From IMG/VR virus record IMGVR_UViG_3300033148_004150, positions 1 through 50,965 of that record: 50,965 nucleotides of DNA, one strand, 5' to 3'. This stretch comes from a virus (taxonomy: Duplodnaviria > Caudoviricetes). This document shows, one piece after another, positions 44,619 through 50,965 of the stretch. Below the pieces are notes generated by a model, which saw only the letters and a program-made list of their open reading frames with translations, made no database searches and was not told where the DNA came from. The translations under genes and the position numbers were made by a program. The first letter of the stretch is position 1. Each line of letters begins with the position of its first letter.

Positions 44619-46862
44619 ATGCTACAACGTATTGCAAAGCTTTTGCGTATTCAACCACCCGTAATAGACAATCGAGGGCTCCTGTGGGCTTCTGGGGCTA
44701 CAGTTCCGACATTGGGGTCTGATGGTTATCAGACTGGATGCATTTTTGCACATACCGATGGTGGTGATGGGACTTCTCTTTATGTGAATGAAGGTTCCGT
44801 TACGTCATGTGACTTCACGGCAGTTGATACTGCACCCGGCGAAGATGCTGGACAAATTATTTTTTCAACAACCGCCACGGCGCCATTGATTGATATTAAT
44901 GGTTCTTACGACGATCAGTTCATTGAAACTGGCACATACAGCAGTGAGGCCGATAATGGTATCGTATTAAGCTCCACCAACACCAGGCCGGTGTCATTCT
45001 TGTTTGATGATAGTGGCTCAGATTTGACAGGTGGGAATTATCGTGCTGTTCTATCTCGTATTTTATTGACGGTTGACCAAAGCGCTTGTACGATCAATGC
45101 GATTCGCGGTCAACTCAAAATGCTGGATCTTGTTGATGTGGCTACTGGCATCTATGCACCCGTCCAGGGTTATCTTGAAATGGCGGGAACGCATGTTATA
45201 AAGGCTGATGCCACATTCTCGTGCTTTTCGGCCAGTATGGAAATTGGCACGAGTATGACCGTCAATAATGACGGAGAAGCGGCTGGCATTCATGTTGAGA
45301 CAACTGGCGCTGGTACAATTACCAATAATGGTACTTGTGCTGGCATCCTTATTGACAAGGCAACGGGCGCCGCTGATTGGCCAGTTGGTGTCAGAGTGCT
45401 TAATAGCACTACGGGTTTGAGTGTTCATAGTTCAACGGTTGGCTTGAACTTTACGGGAGTTACATCTACTTGCATTTATGTCACGGGCGTTGGCACTACG
45501 ACAAGTCATGTTATTGATGTAGTTGACGCCTATGCCGGTAAGGTCATTGAGACTGGTTCATATTCAAGTTCCGCCTCTAAGGGCGTTACGCTTGTGGCTG
45601 CAAATAATCGACCAGTTTCGTTTTTGTTTGATGATGCTGGATCGGCCCTTGCTGGCGGTGATTATCGTGCGGTACTTTCTAGGATTTATCTTTCGGTTGA
45701 CCACACTAATGCAGCAACGCTTAATGCGATGCGAGCGCAAATTGTAGTGGCAGATGACAAAGACATTTCCAATGCTGGTTCTGTAACTTCACCATTTACT
45801 GCATATTTTGAATTGGCTGGTACTGCCAATCGAAATGTGGATGGCCACGTGGCTTGTATGCGTGCGGCCCTTGAAGAGGGCGCCTCTGGCACGACGACTA
45901 TCGACATCAATCTCTGCGGTGTTGAGGCTACGTTGAATTCAACGCGAACTTATGCTGGCAGTGGTTATCTTGCGGCTTATGCTGCGAATATCTCTGGTGG
46001 AACTTCTTTGTGGCAGTATGGGGTGTATCTTGAATCCGATGCTATACTTACTGCCGGTATTTATTTAGGCTCTACTGCGGCTGGCATTCTTGCTGCCGGT
46101 ACTATTCCGACTGTCTTGAGTGTCCAACATGTCGGTACTACATCAAGTCATGTCATTGACATGATTGATGCTTACACTGGCATGGTTATTGAGACTGGCT
46201 CATTTTCAAGTTCCGCCTCCAAGGGTATTACGCTTAGTGCATCCAATACTCGGCCGGTTTCGATTCTTTGCGATGATGGCGGCGCGGCTATGACTGGTAA
46301 CATTAGGGGGCTATTGTCCCGAACTGTTGTTGCTGCTAATCACACTGGGGCGTTATCACTGGCGTCAATTACCGGCCAGGCCAAACTGGTCGGCGATGTC
46401 GATTTTGATGGTGATTATCTGTGCGGGCTGCATGGCTACTTGGAGATTGCTGGCACTAGTAATTTCGGGCTTAACGAAGTGCGGCACGCTGGTTGCGCGG
46501 TGCGGGCTCGTGTTGAGGTGGCTGGGAGTATAGAAGTAGAGACGGCCGGAACGTACTTGGCTGGTGTATTTGCTGAGTTGAATACTACTGGTGCATATAC
46601 TGTCACCGAGACTGGTGTATTGGCTGCTTTTGTGGCTGCTTCTACTGACCAGCGTAATGATCTTTGGGGTTCGGCGCTGTATATCGACGGTGCCGACAAT
46701 GCCCTTGGGTTTAATGCTGCCGATGCATCGTACACCAATGGCATTAAGGCTGTTACTAAAACGCCAACAGGAAATACCTCTCACTCTATACGAGTTGATA
46801 TTGGTGGTACTCCCGGTTACATTCCAGTATATGATGATGAAGCATTTAATGCTGACGACTAA
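44619..46862 (+). CDS. Fibre/spike-like virion protein made of three ~210-aa repeats
   Basis: SD AAGGGG before MLQRIAK; IETG..SS.A..G..L...N.RPVS occurs three times. Confidence 0.7.
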   Translation: MLQRIAKLLRIQPPVIDNRGLLWASGATVPTLGSDGYQTGCIFAHTDGGDGTSLYVNEGSVTSCDFTAVDTAPGEDAGQIIFSTTATAPLIDINGSYDDQFIETGTYSSEADNGIVLSSTNTRPVSFLFDDSGSDLTGGNYRAVLSRILLTVDQSACTINAIRGQLKMLDLVDVATGIYAPVQGYLEMAGTHVIKADATFSCFSASMEIGTSMTVNNDGEAAGIHVETTGAGTITNNGTCAGILIDKATGAADWPVGVRVLNSTTGLSVHSSTVGLNFTGVTSTCIYVTGVGTTTSHVIDVVDAYAGKVIETGSYSSSASKGVTLVAANNRPVSFLFDDAGSALAGGDYRAVLSRIYLSVDHTNAATLNAMRAQIVVADDKDISNAGSVTSPFTAYFELAGTANRNVDGHVACMRAALEEGASGTTTIDINLCGVEATLNSTRTYAGSGYLAAYAANISGGTSLWQYGVYLESDAILTAGIYLGSTAAGILAAGTIPTVLSVQHVGTTSSHVIDMIDAYTGMVIETGSFSSSASKGITLSASNTRPVSILCDDGGAAMTGNIRGLLSRTVVAANHTGALSLASITGQAKLVGDVDFDGDYLCGLHGYLEIAGTSNFGLNEVRHAGCAVRARVEVAGSIEVETAGTYLAGVFAELNTTGAYTVTETGVLAAFVAASTDQRNDLWGSALYIDGADNALGFNAADASYTNGIKAVTKTPTGNTSHSIRVDIGGTPGYIPVYDDEAFNADD

Positions 46863-46875
46863 TTGAAATTTCAAT

Positions 46876-46912
46876 CCCGGCGGCCCCTTGGGGCCGCTGG
46901 GTTTCCTTTTTT
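46876..46912 (+). terminator. Intrinsic terminator
   Basis: CCCGGCGGCCC/GGGCCGCTGGG followed by a T-rich run. Confidence 0.8.
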
Positions 46913-46942
46913 ATTTTTTATTTCACAACAGGAGAAAGACTT

Positions 46943-47410
46943 ATGCTGCTAGGTCAAGTATTTCAGAGTATTGTTGCATGGCAAAAGTTGTCTGCTATTC
47001 CACTCAAGCCCAAAATCGCTTATGCCATTCTCAAGTATACCAGGAAGGTAACGGATGAACATGCACTCGCTGAAAAGCAGAGAGTGGCACTCATTCACGA
47101 AATTACCGGAACCAAGGATGGCGAGGAAGCAAAGATTGAGCCGAATACGCCGGAGTTCTCTGAATATGTAACTCGGTTCAATGAAATTATGGCAACGGAA
47201 TCAGATCTTGAACAAATTGACATGGATCTTGAGGATGTGGTTAATGCTCTGGATGATAAGGATGAGGCGCTTTCTGTTTCAGATTTGGCGATGCTTGAAC
47301 CATTTTTCCATTCTTATTGGAAAGTGGAAGGTCCGCCGGAAGATGAAAATGAAGCGGCTAATCACAGGTATCACGAAGCGCTAAAAGAAGCTGCGGGGGG
47401 AACTTCATAA
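46943..47410 (+). CDS. Acidic hypothetical protein (possible fibre chaperone)
   Basis: SD AGGAG; 155 aa between two terminators. Confidence 0.6.
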   Translation: MLLGQVFQSIVAWQKLSAIPLKPKIAYAILKYTRKVTDEHALAEKQRVALIHEITGTKDGEEAKIEPNTPEFSEYVTRFNEIMATESDLEQIDMDLEDVVNALDDKDEALSVSDLAMLEPFFHSYWKVEGPPEDENEAANHRYHEALKEAAGGTS

Positions 47411-47431
47411 GCCGGTTTGATATAAATACTT

Positions 47432-47475
47432 CCCGGCGGTCGAGTCGCTAAGCGTCGCGGTCGTCGGGTTTTTTC
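47432..47475 (+). terminator. Intrinsic terminator
   Basis: CCCGGCGGTCG/CGGTCGTCGGG followed by TTTTTT. Confidence 0.7.
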
Positions 47476-47486
47476 TTGGAAAAGAT

Positions 47487-49838
47487 ATGGCAAATAAAAA
47501 ACGAAGGATGCGCATTTCCTTTCCTCTTGGGGGGCTTGATCGGCGTGCAAGTTTTCGGCAGCAGCCGCCTTACACTACGCCTTCTTGTCTTAATGTCCGT
47601 CCTGTAGCTACACTAGAAAATCGAGAGCGTGGCGGCAGTCGTCCAGGCTTAACGAGATCACATTTTGATATTCTAGGCTGGGATGGTGCCGAGGGGCATA
47701 GTGTTCGTTTTCTGGCGCCTATGATATTGGCCCTCGGCGACAGCTTTACGGCTTGGTCGGATACATTTGGCGGTTCCAGTTTGGAAGAGGCATGGACACA
47801 AGCTGCCTGGGCTACTGATGTTCCCAGTATTCTTCAGCAGATGGTCTCAGTGGATACGAGCGTAGCTGATGCGGCAGTGGTACGGGATGCCTTGGCGATT
47901 GATTCTGCGGAAACATACACGGTCGAGATGTTTATTGCGCCGTGGAATGGAGAATATCATGGTGAATATCGGCTATACTTCCGCATGGATGATACAGACC
48001 CAAACATAGAAGATGAAGGTGTTTGGGTTAATCTTATAATGACTGGATCAACTGGTACTTATAGTGGTACATTGAAATCAGTTATCGGTGGAGTTACTAC
48101 TTCCTATGCGCTTACGGGCGGTAGTTTGGGAAGTGCATGTCCGGGATGGCTTATCGCAACAATAACTGGCGATACCATTTCGGTATATTTGAATAATCAA
48201 ACACTCATATCTCAGGTTGTTCCTACAAGCCACACTGGATTGCGAGTTGGTTTTGGAATGGAATGTACTGAAGCTGGGGGGCTGTGCTTGGCGAATGTAT
48301 TTCGGGTTCAGTATTATTCGACAGGGAGCGTTCCTTCACTCCGCACGATGCTAGTTGCTTCCTCAAATGGCAATATCTACAAGGAATATCGCTATGGTCG
48401 AATGTCGGCTGTAGCTACTGATCTGACTGTTCGTAGCGATGTGGGTTTGCAGGCAGTGCAGAGTGGACAGAAACTTTACATTGCCGATTATGGATTGCGA
48501 ATTACCGGAACCGATGGAACTGTCGCGGGAGTAAATTTAGATGCCGCCGGCGTGGCTGATTGGACTGCTCATAATATCGACGCGGATGATGATGTAGTTG
48601 TTATCTCAAATGTCGGTGGAGCAACAGTAGCAGGAACCTATGAAATTGCGAATTTCAATGCCAATCAAGTTGCATTAACTGAAGCGCCTGGTGATGGAAC
48701 ATGTACATATAGAATCGAGCGAGCGCCGAAAATATATGATCCTTCTGCTGATACACTTTCGATTCTTATGGCAACTGAGGGGCAAGTACCTTCTGGGTGC
48801 CCATTGATTTGCCGATACAACGATAGAATTGTTATGGGCGGCGCAGATATTGCACCTCATGTTTGGTATGCGGCTCGTCAAGGCACTGAAACTGATTGGG
48901 ATTACTCCCAGGAAGATAGTCAGCGGGCGGTAGCAGGGCCAGCAAGCGAGGCTGGAGTTCCTGGTGAAGCGCTAACGGCACTTATACCGCATAGCGATGA
49001 TTACTTAATTCTTGCTTGTCGGAATGAATTGTGGCGGATGCGCGGTGATCCAGCTTATGGTGCAAGCAAGGATGCCTTGAGTCGTACTATTGGCATTGTG
49101 GGCAAGGATGCATGGTGCTGGGGGCCAGCGGGGGAGTTGATCTTTTTGTCCCTGGATGGTATTTATATTCTTCCGCCGGGTGGTGATTCAAAGCCCATCT
49201 CTATGTCGCGGGAGGTATTGCCACAAGAACTTCTAAACTTTGATCCAAATACAACGACAGTTTTGTTGGAGTATGATGTACAGGATCGGGGCGTACATAT
49301 TTTCCTTACACCAGATTCATCAAATGAACGAATTCATTGGTGGATGGATTGGGAGCGAAAGACTTTTTGGCCTTTTGTGTTGACTAATAATCACGAACCA
49401 ACGGCAACTTGTGCTTTACGTGCTACGGCCATTGAAGATTCGGCTGTCATTCTTGGTGGTCGTACTGGTGTATTGCGGCGTTTCAATAAATTGGCGGAAA
49501 CTGATTGTGGCATTGCTTTTACAACTTATGTAAATGTTGGGCCCATTCCCCTGGCTCCAGATGGGATGGTTGGAACTTTAATGTCGCTTGATGCAGGTAT
49601 AGCCGAAGATGGTGGCGATGTAACATGGAGTGTCCATCCAGCCTTAACTTTTGAGGCGGCAGCTACAGCTTCAGCGCAAGGAACAGGAGTTTGGGTTGCG
49701 GGACTTAATGCCACTGTGTACCCAGGCGGGCGCGGGCAGGCATATATGTTGAAGATTACTGGATCAGCCGGACGAAAATGGGGTTTTGAGCAGATTGTGT
49801 CTGCGGTTCAGGAAAGTGGAAAGAGGAGAATAGTATGA
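47487..49838 (+). CDS. Tail nozzle/stabilisation protein (tubular protein B or P22 gp10-like)
   Basis: FPLGGLD..CLNV..RPGL start; beta-propeller-like repeats (ICRYNDRIV, LIFLSLDGIY); 783 aa. Confidence 0.7.
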   Translation: MANKKRRMRISFPLGGLDRRASFRQQPPYTTPSCLNVRPVATLENRERGGSRPGLTRSHFDILGWDGAEGHSVRFLAPMILALGDSFTAWSDTFGGSSLEEAWTQAAWATDVPSILQQMVSVDTSVADAAVVRDALAIDSAETYTVEMFIAPWNGEYHGEYRLYFRMDDTDPNIEDEGVWVNLIMTGSTGTYSGTLKSVIGGVTTSYALTGGSLGSACPGWLIATITGDTISVYLNNQTLISQVVPTSHTGLRVGFGMECTEAGGLCLANVFRVQYYSTGSVPSLRTMLVASSNGNIYKEYRYGRMSAVATDLTVRSDVGLQAVQSGQKLYIADYGLRITGTDGTVAGVNLDAAGVADWTAHNIDADDDVVVISNVGGATVAGTYEIANFNANQVALTEAPGDGTCTYRIERAPKIYDPSADTLSILMATEGQVPSGCPLICRYNDRIVMGGADIAPHVWYAARQGTETDWDYSQEDSQRAVAGPASEAGVPGEALTALIPHSDDYLILACRNELWRMRGDPAYGASKDALSRTIGIVGKDAWCWGPAGELIFLSLDGIYILPPGGDSKPISMSREVLPQELLNFDPNTTTVLLEYDVQDRGVHIFLTPDSSNERIHWWMDWERKTFWPFVLTNNHEPTATCALRATAIEDSAVILGGRTGVLRRFNKLAETDCGIAFTTYVNVGPIPLAPDGMVGTLMSLDAGIAEDGGDVTWSVHPALTFEAAATASAQGTGVWVAGLNATVYPGGRGQAYMLKITGSAGRKWGFEQIVSAVQESGKRRIV

Positions 49839-50965
49839 GTCGTATTCCTCATGGTCATAGTCCGATTGAACTTCGCCAAGCAATACAGCGCATGGAGACG
49901 CGAGTATCTGGTGGCGTAGATCCAGGGCACAGCCATACTGGCGATAGTCTTTCAGACATTGACATTTCGGCTGATACAAATTTAGCTGCAACAGCGCCTA
50001 TTGTTTTAACTGGAGATACGCTTAGCTTGAATCAGCCTGGCGTAGATCATGGATCAATTGGGGGGCTTGGTGATGACGATCATGCAATTTATCATACAGA
50101 TGCCCGTGGGGATGCTCGATATTTTCGAGAAAATGAACATCTTGCAAGTAGTGCTGGGGCCGCCGATGCAGGAAAGCCTATTGTATTAGATGCAGCCGGA
50201 CATATTGATGCCACAATGATTAACGATGGTGACATTGACCACGGCTCAATAGGCGGGCTGGGCGATGATGACCATACTATTTATTCTCTTGTAGATGGTA
50301 CGCGACCTTTCACCGGAGTAATTGGCGGTATTGGTTTCGCGCGAACTGGATGGCCATTAGTGCCAGATGTTACATTGTCATTTGACGATGGAACTCTTAC
50401 TTTTACTGTAACTGATGGCGGTAGTGCTTATTACTATATAAATGGAATAAAATATATTCTTAATGGTAATAAGACTGTCACAATAACTGATACGGAGGGA
50501 TTGTGGTATATTTATTTTGATGGTGCTACTCTTACTGCATCACAGGTTGCATGGGTTATTGCAGAAAGCAATAAAGCGCTTGTTTCATATTTGTATTGGG
50601 ACGCAACTAACAATAAATCATTTGGTGTAGGATATGAATTGCATGGATATGTTATTAGTGCTGCCATGCATAGTATGTTACATCATACTGTAGGGGCACG
50701 CTGGCAGAATGGATTATTGGTTTCCGATGCAGGGAGTGAACAAATAAATATCAGTACAGGTATTTTTTATGATGAAGATCTCATATTGACTATTACTGAT
50801 GGTGCTGGTGGGGCCGCTTTTGAACAAGTGCTTTCACCTGCTGAAATTCCAATTCTTTATCGAAGTGGAGCAAGTGACTGGAGATTTTATGATACTGCCG
50901 ATAAGGCAAATGCAGTTGATGTTGGATATGTTGATGGTTCTAATAATTTACATTACAATAAGCTC
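49835..50965 (+). CDS. Tail fibre-like protein, N-terminal part (continues at 1..1581; about 865 aa in total)
   Basis: ATG at 49835 overlaps the nozzle-gene stop (ATGA) with SD GAGGAG upstream; 50852 is a codon start, matching frame 1 at base 1; two DHGSIGGLGDDDH repeats. Confidence 0.8.
   Translation, partial: MSRIPHGHSPIELRQAIQRMETRVSGGVDPGHSHTGDSLSDIDISADTNLAATAPIVLTGDTLSLNQPGVDHGSIGGLGDDDHAIYHTDARGDARYFRENEHLASSAGAADAGKPIVLDAAGHIDATMINDGDIDHGSIGGLGDDDHTIYSLVDGTRPFTGVIGGIGFARTGWPLVPDVTLSFDDGTLTFTVTDGGSAYYYINGIKYILNGNKTVTITDTEGLWYIYFDGATLTASQVAWVIAESNKALVSYLYWDATNNKSFGVGYELHGYVISAAMHSMLHHTVGARWQNGLLVSDAGSEQINISTGIFYDEDLILTITDGAGGAAFEQVLSPAEIPILYRSGASDWRFYDTADKANAVDVGYVDGSNNLHYNKL
50852..50965. 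repeat. Direct terminal repeat, right copy
   Basis: Identical to 1-114. Confidence 0.97.

Overview
This window is a complete, circularly assembled tailed-phage genome. Bases 1-114 are identical to 50852-50965, so the unit length is about 50,851 bp, and one tail-fibre-like ORF reads in frame across the join. Its layout is podovirus-like. (i) A + strand morphogenesis module runs from 33400 across the join to 8763: TerS-like, TerL, portal, scaffold, an inserted EndoVII-type HNH gene, major capsid, cement, adaptor, repeat-built fibre, nozzle, second fibre and helical ejection-type proteins. No tape measure or tail tube is evident. (ii) A lysis-position cassette has two holin-like genes flanking a lipoprotein trypsin-protease/thioredoxin fusion, and I could not recognise an endolysin. 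(iii) A + strand replication and nucleotide module (10.6-23.8 kb) has Sak4-like ATPase, DUF669 SSB, MazG-like, PD-(D/E)XK nuclease, SF2 helicase, Prim-Pol, RusA-like, phosphoesterase, DUF5664-like and HAD genes. (iv) A - strand accessory region (23.8-32 kb) has a serine recombinase and an array of about 16 small genes built from recurring shuffled modules joined at a conserved RBS/junction sequence. (v) A divergent non-coding region (32.0-33.4 kb) has tandem repeats, a G-quadruplex motif and inverted heptamer repeats. The most unusual signals are two non-canonical tRNA-shaped RNAs, each directly behind a strong + strand sigma70-type promoter, the modular cassette array, and the protease-thioredoxin lysis cassette. 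All protein calls are by-eye motif and synteny recognition; no database searches were run.
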